Source of the DNA: Orbicella franksi
Taxonomy: Eukaryota
DNA length: 64,000 bases
Direction: 5' to 3'
Assembly (NCBI GenBank): GCA_964199315.1
Contig: OZ116710.1
Location: 9,052,001-9,116,000, forward strand
Part shown: positions 22,936 to 34,905 of the stretch, piece after piece
How positions within the stretch are numbered: the stretch's first letter is position 1
How the letters are laid out: every line of letters starts with the position of its first letter
The notes under the pieces: model-generated
Databases searched by the model: none
Told to the model about the DNA's origin: nothing
The model's input: the letters and a program-made list of their open reading frames with translations, nothing else
Program-made: the position numbers and the translations under genes

Positions 22936-24653
22936 CACTAAACGTCTACATTTATAGTTTTTGCAATAGGTTGGTGTTTTACTAACCCTTATTGTAGTAA
23001 TATCTAGAAAAATTACTAAGATTGACGCAAAAACGTCCTAAAGGCCCTTTACTGAGGGTGTCAACATAAAAACATTCCCATCGATTTTCGTGATAAATTA
23101 AGGTAATTCCTATTTGAAACTGTCAAATATTGGTTTGTACATTGTTTATCACTAGAATGAGTTTCATTTTATTAAAAATTCAAATCAATTTGATAAATGG
23201 AAAATCAGGTGGAAAATGATCAAGGAAGCTGAAATTTTAGCATTTATAAGTCAGCGGCATATGGACTTTGTGTGTGGATTTTTGAGGAAAATCGGCCGAC
23301 CCCCATTTCCAAGTCTGCCCCGGTCTCTCATCGTATTTCTTCACTCCGTAAAAGCAATACCACTGGCTTTGACGTGATGATCACACACGCAAAGAGAATT
23401 TTGAAATTTTTAGCAATTGCAACAAACAAGTGCCACCGCTATCGCTTTTTTCTCTCTAGAGGAAAAACAACTATTTTATCCATTTTGTATCGAGTTATTG
23501 AGAAACTCGTGGAAATTTGGGAGACCTCCAAAAAAGCAATTTTTGTCTAAGTTCCGTGTTCCCACAGCATTTCTCGTGCTCCAAACCTCCCACTTGTGTT
23601 TCCATAACTCTTGGAAGCACGGAAAAGCTTGTAATGTCCATTACTCAAATATTGGCACAGTATACCTGTTATCAAATTTATGTTTTCTTTCCCGAAAACC
23701 GCAGTTTATTAAGCGCATTATTTTGGGTGATTGGTTAACTCGATTTCAAAGTTTATCGTTTCTGTTACATCATCAGGAATTACCTCGCTGATAGCCTGCG
23801 CGTCATTCAGTTCAAAATGGTTTATGCAAGAAAAAAAAAGGAAAGTTCCCCTGGACAAATGCTGACTCACGATTGGTCCTTTCTCTAAGCTTCGTCATTA
23901 GTTCAATTGATTGCGTTCACCGACATCGATGTTGGAAGGATTTCTGACAGAATAATTTGATTGCAGCAATCAAAAATTGCTTTAATAATTTGGGGGAGTA
24001 AATAGCTGATTTTGGGATAAAAGTCTTGGAATTACGTTTTTTTCTTTACTGACATTCAGGGACTGAAAGAAAGCAATACGTTCTGTGTGTTTAGGTTTAA
24101 CAGATTTAACAGATGAAAATCCCAGACTTCACGGTGGCAATAAAGGTAAAAAACCAAGCCGCATTGCGGAATATAAAGAAGTAAATTTCTTAACTGCTGA
24201 ACGCTGATTGGTTAAGAAGTTGTTCCATTTGACAAATGGTGGTTACTTAATCTCCCAGCCTTTTATTGTTATCAAGCCATGTTTCATAGTTGTCTCCTTT
24301 TTATGACGATATTTTCATGACAGCTGCTTCGAACAATGCATGAACAATGCCTGGAAGATGAATGAGCCGAATTTTGAATTTTGTCGTGTCACATACACTA
24401 AAGAATCGTAAAAGAGTCTCCGTCTTTTGTTTGATAAACGGGTTGTAAATTATTTCACCTGTTTTTAAAGGGAAAAATATTTTTTCTTCGGGGATTAAAA
24501 GTATTAAGCTTTTTCGTAAAATGTGAATCTCTCAGCCTCGCTTCAACTGTGTTTCGCCTTGTAATGCAATGTTTGATTGATTTGTTGTCGATGCCGAGAC
24601 GATTGAGTAAGTCGGAGCTATTAAAACAAAATGTTGCGTGCACAGAAGTGAAT

Positions 24654-26378
24654 ATGGCAGCGCTTGTAGTAGTAAACTGGGAAAACCATTTCCGCGGTAC
24701 GTTTTATAGATTAGATGACCTAAGGCGATAAGAAAATGGATGTAAAATCTCGCAAGCGATTGAGATCGCGGAGCTCTGTTCGTAACTGGCGCCTTAAATG
24801 CGCTGCATGTTCTTTCCAATCAGCGGCCTACCCGATAATAGCGTTTTCTGTACTTTGGCGTTTATATATCATTACTTGATAGTTTCCTACTTTAGTTGGT
24901 CATTGGAGCTGGGTGGATGTTGATCTGAGAGAGAAGTTTCGTCGACTGAAAAATAAACATGGAAAGCTTAAACATCACGGAAACCGACTGAGAAAAGCCT
25001 TCAACGACAAGAAGTCCTCCTACAGTGGCAAAATTTGTACAAGGTATGTTTCACCCCGTATAATTCAGATAAAATCGAGCGATTTTTTTAAGCAATTGTA
25101 AACGTCTTCAAGCCGGGTACACTACGTACTCAGGCATTGTTCAAAAGGTAACCGTGATCTTGATTTTGATTTCTTAATAATAATTCTTAACTTAAGCAAT
25201 TTTTGTGTCGTGTAAATTTTTCTTCAAAACAAAAAATTTATTTCAGCACAGAAGCGAAATAACAAAAGATTCAGAACAACGTTGCTGTTATTCGTCACGT
25301 ACCTTACCTAAAATTAATTATAAGAAAAATAAAATAAGAGTTTACTAGTTGCCAGCTAATTAATTAGAGTTATTCGAATTTGGAATGAAAATTAGAAATC
25401 TATTCTTTCGTTTTTCCTCTCTGATAAATCCGGAAATATTTCAGTTCAAATGGCAATATCGCCTAAAGATTTTCTTTTCATTAAACTTGTGCAATATCAT
25501 GTCTGTTGTAAAAGGTTAGAACAAAACCGATCCTGTCAAGTTAAATTTATTTCCCCCTTTAATTAACCTTCAACAGAAAGCTCCGCCAATCGTCGATTCT
25601 GTTAATGAGTACTTGCGTTTTCATTAAAACAGAGGAAGATATTTAAATTTCCGCTCTACAACAACTTAAAATAGCTTCATTTTATTGCTGCAATTGCTGC
25701 AATATTATATCGATGACTAAAATTAGTTTCATTATTTGTTGTTTGGTACGGTTGGTTTTGACATATTGTCTGAACTTTAATGTCATAAATCGTGTGAACC
25801 TTACTGATGACAAAGCTGTTAATTTTAATTAAGACATTTGGGGAAAGTCCGACAGCCCATTTTAAAAAAACATCCTTTTCGTCTTCATCATATTGATTAT
25901 TTTCAGTATATTACTTTGCACTTAGGTTTATTCCACGAAAGAGAAAAGAGTTTTTTGACATGCTAAGCTCTCCAGGCATACATCACGTTTTCTTGTGCAC
26001 AACCTTTTTATCCAGTCATAAGACTAAAAACCGGTTTCTTGGAAACAGCCCACAAATGCATAACGTGTTGAGAACACAGCAAAACAAGTAATTTATTTGA
26101 CAACAATGTATTTTATTGACTTTTTTGTATGTGTTTTAATGACAAAAACATAATAGACCAGTTTGTTCAATATTGGAGCACCATTGGGCTGGCATTGGAC
26201 CAACATTGCCATCCTTGGCGGTGACAAACATAAACAATTTAAGACCTCTCCTGGTTCTGAGAAAACGTACCTTTTTTTTTTTCGTTTTACTGCCTCGTCT
26301 TTCAAAAGAGACGTAGGAAAAAGAAAAAGAAACATAAATAAGGCCCCGAGTTCGTGTTTTGAATCATGGAGGTTTTAA
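24654..26378 (+). other. Candidate small multi-exon gene or pseudogene of unknown product
   Basis: Phase-compatible GT-AG exon chain built by eye: 24654-24696, 24896-25043, 25252-25298, 25445-25514, 25926-26087, 26162-26378. Exons 1-2 have good splice sites; later exons are weaker. No recognisable domain. Confidence 0.25.
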
Positions 26379-27511
26379 TTGTGGGCGGGGCGGTGGACCT
26401 TATTTTTCGGTCCATAATCCCTGTGTCAGTTGCGGTTATTAGCGATAATCCTTTAATTGCTAAAGTGTTCTGTTCATATCAGTACAGTGTCATTTCAAAC
26501 AGACAGGTGATGTTATGCATACAGATATGCGTCAACGAAATGATTTGAAATGTAAATTCTCATCAGATTCGGACAGGAAACTAGGCACGTATAGTCTTAA
26601 CTGCTGCATGTGGGAGGTTCAAATAACATAAAAATAAAAAAAAATAAAAAAAATTAAAATATAAAATTATAAAAAAATTAAATTAAAAGTAGCGTTGAAA
26701 TAAAATTAAAATTTTATATACATTTTAAAATTTTTTTATTGCTTTTTTGTAGGCATTTTAATTAACGTTACAATCCATTATATTGCCTACTATACATTTC
26801 AATTGTTTTTTTTGTTTTTTTTTCCGATCCCATTTATTTCAAATCGATACCGATGCCGAAATAATGATCTTCTCGTCTTCATAAAAATTTTCCAACAATT
26901 TACCAAAAGGTCTTTCCAAAGATGTTAAAGATGCAGTATTTAAAAAACGTTATCGCGCTTTATACATCCTAGGAAAGCAAGGTTCTGATTTCACAAAGCC
27001 TCAAATTAAAGGACAGTGCGAAGCATTTATCTGTAATCCCTTCTTTATATTATTAGTAGAATTCACATTGGATAATGTAATTCAAGAGTTTTCATTAGCT
27101 TAGCCGCCATGGCATATGGTAATTTATACCATGCTCCGCAAATATGGTAAGCGTACCCGTAATTTTTTGGGGCGTGTTTATTTTTATTTTAGTTTATTTT
27201 AGTTGTCTATATTTTGTGCTCATTTTTAATGAAACAATTATTTCACTAGCGCTTGCTGGATATGATATGAATATTGCCAACTTGGTGCTACGCGCCTCAT
27301 CAGTGGCTATCTATCATCCTGGAATAATTGTTGATTAGTCTGCATTGGCTATACGTTTTCTTGTTCCTCCGATGTTCAGAGAAAGCTTTGGAAATATCAC
27401 TGAACAATAAGGCATTTCCGGGTTGCTTGCTCTTACCTCTGTTTCAAAACGTGTCTCGTTACACAAATGAGTTTTTGTTGCACGGTCATTGTCTTCAAAA
27501 TTAATCTGCGA

Positions 27512-27820
27512 GGCGCGGTGGTGTCATGGTCAGTACGCTCGTCTCCGGATCGAGTGGTCCGGGTTCGAGCCCTGCCTGGGGCATTGCGTTGTGTTCTTGG
27601 GCAAGGCACCTTGCTCTCACAGTGCCTCTCTCCACCGAGGTGTATAAATGGGCCCTGGCGAACTTAATGCTGGGGGTAACCCGGCGATGGACTAGCATCC
27701 CATCCAGGTGGGGGGGGGGGGGGGGGGAGTAGAAATACTCCTAGACGCTTCATGCTAGAGAAACCGGGATAAGCTCCGGGCTGATGGGCTGCTTGCCCCG
27801 TATGCAGACTTTACCTACCA
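27512..27820 (+). mobile_element. Full-length tRNA-derived SINE
   Basis: Pol III A-box-like (tggtgtcatgg) and B-box (ggttcgagccc) head, a central domain shared with the copy at 13531-13735, an internal poly-G run and a 3' actttacctacc end. Confidence 0.85.
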
Positions 27821-29065
27821 TATGAAAGGGTGCTGCACCAGGACTCGTGTTCTCTTGGACGATTCAGCACATTTCCACTTCCAAACGAGAAATGATTTTG
27901 TACAAACTCGTGATTTATTTTGGTTAGGTTAGAAAATTAGGTTAGATAAGAGGAGACGAAAAATTGAAAATGCAATGATTGGTTAATTCATAGTTACCAA
28001 AATTATACCAACTTCTGTAGCACCTTCAGTGGCTTTTAAGCTTTGCCCGAGTCAATGTTTTGTGGCCATTATTTTTAGGAGATCAAAAAGAAAAAGAAAA
28101 ATCTTCTTTTTAACGACACACTCCAAAACATCTGTTAATTTAAAAAATCGGAAGATTTACACCCCAGCAAATAAACTATTATTGGAATAATGCTATCCAC
28201 AAACCGGCAGTTGTGAATCTCATTGTTTGTAGGTGTTTATTAACAATCGGTTATAAAGTTTCTTATCAATTACGGTCGGTCGTTGAAACTAGACAGATGT
28301 TCAAAGAGAAAGAAACCAGTGTTCTCACAGAGGAGCAAATACGAAAGCTATATTGCGGGAAGGCCTGACGTTGAAAGCCATTTAGTTGGGTGCGTATCAG
28401 AAATGTTGTAAACGTCCTTTCTGTGAAATTGGATCTCTTGTCGAGTAATGATTCAAAAAATCTTCTTGAATTGGGTGCATATATATTTTGGCTAATATAA
28501 TACCGATTCAAGCCAAAGAATATTTTAATGCGAATTTTTGTTACATTGTCTGTCAGGTTCAAAACGTATTTGAAAATTCACGATCCCATTTAAATTTCCA
28601 GTCTATATAACCCAGGATTATATTGGAATATATATAAAAATTTCTGTTTGGTTATTTAACACCACCACAAATTATGTTCCGTGCTAATTAAAGTTATCAT
28701 TTTGATCGACAAAATTGATATTGAATATTTCGTTTTGTTCTGCAAATTATTCGGTCAGGTAAAGACCATAACATGTACAGGCGAAATTTTCTTAATTATA
28801 AGCTTGTGCTGCATTCATGCCGACAACTAATGTCATGCGTCTTCACTGAATTTGTCTTTTCCGATAGATAATTCATCGTTCAAATCGACTAAAAGTTTAT
28901 GTAATTGGATTTTGATTCTAGAAAATAGGATAAACCTAACGGCAACCGAACTCCTGTTTTAGCGTTACCAATTTTACAAAAAAATCATTTTCGTCTTCAT
29001 TCTTTTCACCTGTCATGTTTTGGTACTAGAATTTCCTTTTCAGTCATTATGTTTAAGAATTGTTG

Positions 29066-29420
29066 GAGGTAGCTTGGCCGAGTGGTTAGGGCGCCGGACT
29101 TGAAATCCGGAGGTGGCGGGTTCAAGTCCCGCTCGTGATGTTCTTGGTAGCACTTAGTTCAATAGGCCGCGTTCGATATATCGATATTCTAACATGGATC
29201 CGAGGCGTTCGGGTCAAAATTGCAAAATGTTTAAGTTTCTTTCGTCTCACAATTCCTAAAAGAGACGGGTACATAGAAAACACCACCAGATGTAGAAGTT
29301 TGTTCTGAAAGCCTCGGATCCATGTTACAATATTGATATATCGAACGTGGCCTATTCCTCAGCCACCCTTGTAAATAGCCAACTAGACGCCTCCTGCCAG
29401 TTGGGATTTTTAACCATGTT
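29066..29420 (+). mobile_element. tRNA-derived SINE (second family) interrupted by a MITE
   Basis: Head tggccgagtgg...ggttcaagtccc with D, anticodon and T arms but no acceptor stem. The body resumes after the insertion (cctcagccacccttgtaaatagccaact...). Confidence 0.7.
29163..29354. mobile_element. MITE with ~45-bp TIRs inserted in the SINE
   Basis: aggccgcgttcgatatatcgatattctaacatggatccgaggc ... gcctcggatccatgttacaatattgatatatcgaacgtggcct, flanked by AT on both sides. Confidence 0.85.
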
Positions 29421-29589
29421 ATGCCAGGATGATAATCTTTTGGTTATTTATCAGCCATTTACATTATTTGTTTGATTGTTTGTTTCCACTGGCTCTGAAA
29501 ACCCCCATTGGAGGAGTAGAGGGGTGATTAAGATTTTTTTTCTTTTCTTTTATTGTTTCTTGTGATATACTGTATATATAATTGCCCAC

Positions 29590-29971
29590 TTCGTTAAATT
29601 CTTGAGGCGTGCAAACAGTCGCTCATTATATCACAAGGTAATTCTTGGTGACCGCTCCTTCACATATATGCAGCGCCAAAAGATTTGGAATGCTCTTCCC
29701 CTGCTGGACGTTAGGTCTGAGGACACTGTCGCCGGCTTTAAAGGCAAACTTAAGACATACTTGTTCATAAAATCCAAATTATATTGTAATTTTCTGAGAA
29801 TTTTAGCTTTTAGGTTTTATTTTATCTCATTTTATTTATTTTTTCTCGCCTTTGATAACCACCTCTTCTGTGATTTAGATTAGTTAGCTGTAATTGTAAA
29901 TATAGGGATTGTGAGTTTTAGTTTTAGATAATTTGAACATATCCATATGGAATTTGCGCACTACAAATTCT

Positions 29972-30002
<31 letters not shown>
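29590..30002 (+). mobile_element. 3' end of an L2/CR1-group LINE with (ATT)n tail
   Basis: Frameshifted translation LGDRSFTY..PKIWNALP.DVRS..TVAGFKGKLKTYLF matches the L2 ORF2 C-terminus (GDR.F...AP.LWN.LP...R.....FK..LKT.LF). An (ATT)n tail lies at ~29973-30002. Confidence 0.8.
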
Positions 30003-33000
30003 CGTTACAACTTAAAAGCAAATCTCAAAAAGCCTGAAAAAGTCTATTATTCCGCATATTTTTGACGTCATAAATTTCGTCATACGACTTGTTTACTGGG
30101 AATGAACAGTGAAGTCCTATGCTATTTTTAAAAAATGTCTTTAAAATGGATGCGGTTTAAGTTTCGGGATTTTCTGCCCTCGTCACGTGATTTGCCACTC
30201 GAAATAGTTAAAGGGGTTAGGGTTAATGCAAAAAAATACATCACAGTGATAGTTAAGAGGGTTAGCTCTAGGCTTCTATATGTCTCTTTCTGAAGTTTTA
30301 CACTCGATCGAATTTTGAAAATTAAAAGTTTCAGTAAAAGAAAAAAGCAAAAACAAAAACAAAAATTCGTGGGTCGCAAAGTAGCTAAAAGCTACCGGAC
30401 ATTAACTCATCTTGTTTTTGGGGGTGACATAAAGCTTTTTTCAGTAGGTATTATTGTAGATCTGCAGATCATAATTGAAATAACATGGAAACTTTTCCAT
30501 AGCATGGCAGACGTTATAAAAGTTCCAAAGCTACCATCTATTTAAAAAAAAATGCGGCGACGCCGCCTGCATGTATCTATGTTTTTGACCATGATTGAGT
30601 ATCAGTTGTTTTGCGAAGTCTGAAGTGTGAAGCTGCAGCCAAAGGCGATATATTTTCTTAGCATAAAAATCGTTTTTACTCACGTGGCCAGCACACATGC
30701 ATATTTATTGGAACAAAAGAAATAGTTGACACAAGAAAAGACTTCAACTTCCATAGGGTTGGTTTGGTATACCAACAAAGTCGCCGTTTGATTGTTTTGG
30801 GACACCAAAATGCATGGCTGCCGTCGCGTCATGTATAGTCAGAGAATATGAAAAAGTCTTTTAGAGTCTGCAAAACGCTATGAAAACAAAATTCACTGCA
30901 CTAAATGTGTGCTGATTTTGTTTTCAACTAACCTGTGTATCGAGTCTATTGGTTTTACAGGGAGGTGTTGAAGTTTATGTGTTTTCATATTCAAATACTA
31001 AATGACAAAACGATTGATAACTAATTAAAAACGAGTATATTTTATCTATTTGTTACTAAATCAATAAAATGAAAAAGAAAATTTTGCTATTGAATGTAAA
31101 ATTGGTAAAAATCTCCACTGATGGGAGCCTAAAGTTACATATCTATAATTAGTAACTACTTGCTACTACGAAATTATCTCATGATTGAGGGAAAATTACA
31201 GTTTTACCTTATTTCATGTGAATTGTCTAGCATGTTCAACGAAAATATCAAGACAAGTTTTAGGAGTATAGTGTTTGCTGTACCGACTAAGTTTCAAATT
31301 TCTTCAATCGAAATAACGGTTCTTGTAGAAACACAAGTTTTATCTGTCAGTGGATACATATTCCAACATCGGGTTGGTCGAAACAAAATAAACTCCTCTT
31401 TATCTCTGTTCCGGCCTTTTGTTTCTGTACTGCCTCGTTGGAGAGATCTTTATCCTTTGTCTTGTATTGACAGAATATTGTCAGTAGCAATGGGCAAACA
31501 CCATCAAGATATTCTTTGTGGATTAACAACGAATCTGTAAAATATTGTTAATGACACAGAGATAAAAAATGCTTACGTCTATTCCTTGAATGACGCCCGT
31601 TATTTACTGGTTTATATTAACAAATTTCATCGTGTTGTTAAAGTTCTCGGTACCGATATTACCTTACATTAGCAGGAACCGAAGCTGCCCCTTCACTCAG
31701 TCTTATAAATAACCTTTTTTTCTCTTTTTCATCTTTGGTTAAAGAAGACGAACTCAGGAGAGAAACTCGAACAAAACGGACCACAAAAGGACACCAAGAA
31801 AACTGCTGCCCAAGGTTTCAGGTAAGGAGAGACCAAGAACGTTTGTAAACAACTGTGTTAAAAGTTGGTTTTTGTGAAGCAAACATTCACGTTTTCATAG
31901 AAAGTAGGAGAGAGAAAAGGGGAAAAGAGCTCTTCCCCTTCTTTCTCTTTCTTTCCTGGCATGCAAAGTAGAATGAGAGGAGAATGGTGATGCACTCCCC
32001 GGCAAAGGAGGTATAATCCCTCCAGATGAACCAGACATTTTACTGTCGAATTGCTATCGGATGCTCTAAACCTTTAACTCCTTGGCAAGGGCATTGCGAA
32101 TCAGCGAAACAGATAGTTCGTCTTGAGGCAGTACCCGGATTACTTGTCCTGAGAACCATACCAAGACGCACAAAAGAGAAAAAATATCACAGTGACTGCT
32201 CAGATTTGTCCAGGTGGATTATTCACTTTCCGGGTACTTATCAGTTTTTAACGAGACTTTGGAAACGCATTCTGCTCCCATGAAGTAATGTTGTTCTATT
32301 GATCATGACTGTTCGGATGTTGATGTTAAGACAGGAATGATCATCGCAATTAAGAACACAGCAGCTCGAAATCAATCTTTCATTTCTTCACTTCTTTCTC
32401 CGCAGTTCAAATACATGATCTTTCATATTTTCACTTGCATTCTTCCCCATAGGAACTTCACGTATTAGCGAAGTAATTAGTATTAATTTTAGCGCCATTT
32501 TCTCATAACTGTCTTGTTTTGATCTTACTCCTGCAAAATATTGCGTGAGTAATGTTTCGGTTTTAAATACAAGTATGGGTAATGAAATGATTTTCGGAAT
32601 TTTCACAAAACGTAATATCGTGGGTGGCAAATTACGCTTACAATCGTGGGCTTTTGACTTGTTTATTGTATCGAGAAAAGTCGCGCCAAACGTTGCCATG
32701 GCAACATGTGAAATTAAACATGCCCGCCAAAATAAAGGAGTTATTTGTCACCCATGATATTGAGTAATGAAACATCGCGGTTTACTTGGTTGAACGGGCT
32801 AGAAGCATTTTGATTTCTTTCTTCTTCCTATGACTAAGGGAGTTGTTTCCCTCCAGTTAGCATATGACGTCACGTTTTGGCGACCAGAGAAAGCTTAGTT
32901 CCCAGGAATCACGGACTTCATATTGATTGGCATTAAGAAATTGAGAAATATAGTAAGTCATCCGTCAACGCATCGTATTCTTGAGACTGTGTAAAAATGC

Positions 33001-33206
33001 GTTAATCAGCAAACGCACTAAGCTATGCGACCAAATGTACAAGACTCTATATGTAAAATTAGCGGGGTATGATAATCATAAAGTGATGTCTTCTTAAAAT
33101 AACTAAAAATTAAATAAACTTTATACTTTTCTCTGAATTTCCTTCTTCTGGGATCCGTTGTATTTTTCTATAATACTGATTTCGAATCATATGATAATTA
33201 ACATAT

Positions 33207-33379
33207 AAAGAAGCCTCGACTGTGCTCTGTTCTGTTGTAAAGCACGCAGGAAGCGGTAGAGCACGAATGAAGTGTAGGGGGAAACACGAGACGCAGTCGA
33301 GTGTTTTTCCCCACTTCTTGAGTGCTCTACCACTTCCTAAGTGCTTTATAACAGAACAGAGCACAGTCGAGGCTTCTTT
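33207..33379. repeat. Near-perfect 173-bp palindrome, probably part of a non-autonomous element
   Basis: Arms aaagaagcctcgactgtgctctgttctgttgtaaagcac / gtgctttataacagaacagagcacagtcgaggcttcttt (1 mismatch in 39 bp), extending further inward. Confidence 0.85.
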
Positions 33380-33741
33380 GTTTGTTTTATGATAAAGAAC
33401 TATTAATTTCCCCACGCATTCGCCTGAAGTTTCAAATCAAGCTTTATTTTCCGAACGAGTAAAAGTGGCGTCAGCCGTGCTCTGTTCTCTGATAAAGCAC
33501 GCTAAAATAAGCCAATCACAATCCTTATTAGAGTTGTTCAAATAATTTGATTGGCTAACGAGACGACAGCTGTCAATCACAAACTGGACCTCAGCTAAGC
33601 TTTCAGTTTCGAGTGGCTTTCGAGAGAAGAACAATGCTTCAAAGTTAGCTTTTTAGTTTAATTTTAAATAAGGATCTAAAGGTTTCTAGTCTAGAGGAAT
33701 CTGGCCGCATCGTGGCTCATGAAAACGTGCAATTTCCAAAG

Positions 33742-33951
33742 GAAATTACGAAACAAGGAGCTCAAAGCTTGCGGATGAAATTGCGAAATGCTGAGTTGTA
33801 TTTGAAAGGAGCTGCAGTTATTTACGGCTTGCAGCAAGATTGCCAGAACTAGCGTCAAGAAATTACGAAACAAGGAGCTCAAAGCATGCGGATGAAAATG
33901 CGAAATGCTGAGTTGTATTTGAAAGGAGCTACAGTTATTTACGGCTTGCAG
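33742..33951. repeat. Tandem duplication with 117-bp period
   Basis: gaaattacgaaacaaggagctcaaagc... starts at 33742 and again at 33859. Confidence 0.9.
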
Positions 33952-34104
33952 CCGCTTGCTGAGATTACTGGAGATCGCTAGTAAGCAAACGAGCGTTACT
34001 ACACTGCATGTAAGTGTTGTTTGGACATGTTTACAAGAGTAAAGCTTCTCATCATAAACAGAGACAGCGCAATTAGTGTTTTCTGTCGTTGTTTTACTTC
34101 TTAA

Positions 34105-34665
34105 CCCTTTGAATACCAAACTTTCGCCAAAAAATACCGTTTTTAACCGTTTAGTCAGGTTTTTTTGGCTGGCGTGACGCTAATAAGCCTACGTTTTGCT
34201 AAAAAAGCTTTTTTTTACCAAAAGGAGAGATTTTTCGAGGATTACGTACAATATTGAGCAATAATTTAATTCTGGGCACGCGCATAAGCCAAAATTTGGA
34301 CTTTTTTTTATTTTGCCATTAACCGTTCTCAATTTTGTTTGTTGCCCCTTTCCTTTCTTTTTTTCTCGGCCCTTTTACTCTGGCTACCTTTTGCGTTGTA
34401 TGTTCTTTCTGGCTGCCGTGAAAAGTTGAATGTTAATTATGGACGAAGCCTAGAAATGGACCTTGATCAATAATATAATAGGCGTAGTGGACCATTTTAC
34501 CACCGTTTTTGCACCAAAACTGATAACATTGTTTTTCGATTTGCGACGTCGGAATGTCGTCAATATCTAAACCTGACCATTGTAGGAAAAGGCCTAGCCT
34601 AGTACTACCATCTGCTTATCTGGTGACATTTAAATTGATGACGTCACAAGTGGTACAAAGAGCAA
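34105..34665. mobile_element. piggyBac-like non-autonomous element inserted at TTAA
   Basis: TTAA at 34101-34104 and 34666-34669; left end CCCTTTgaatacc; right end degenerate (ggtacaaagagcaa). The flanks rejoin to one unit of the adjacent tandem repeat. Confidence 0.55.
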
Positions 34666-34669
34666 TTAA

Positions 34670-34905
34670 GTCTAATTTCTGCCTTCGTAACAAATATCAC
34701 AAAAGTAAAGCTTCTCATCATAAACAGAGACAGCTCAATTAGTGTTTTCTGTCGTTGTTTTACTTCTTAAGTATAATTTCTGCCTTCGTAACAAATATTA
34801 CAAAAGTAAAGTTTCACACCATAAACAGAGACAGCTCACTGATTGGCGTTTTCTGTCCTTGTTTTACTTCTTATTAAGTCTAATTTCTGCCTTCGTAACA
34901 AATAT
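34670..34905. repeat. Tandem repeat with ~101-107-bp unit; one more partial unit at ~34035-34104
   Basis: taatttctgccttcgtaacaaat recurs at 34673, 34774 and 34881. Confidence 0.85.

Noticed and set aside
24959-25043. Alternative frame MESLNITETD*EKPS... with an in-frame TGA as a possible selenoprotein
   Set aside because: No selenoprotein motif or SECIS is evident, and another frame is open across the same exon.
29068-29132. Functional tRNA (anticodon loop cTGAaa), or a Sec tRNA near the deiodinases
   Set aside because: The anticodon is TGA (Ser-type), not TCA. There is no acceptor stem, and the sequence continues as a SINE body.
33742-34905. CRISPR-like array
   Set aside because: The units are ~100-117 bp contiguous tandem copies with no unique spacers, and the DNA is eukaryotic with no cas genes.
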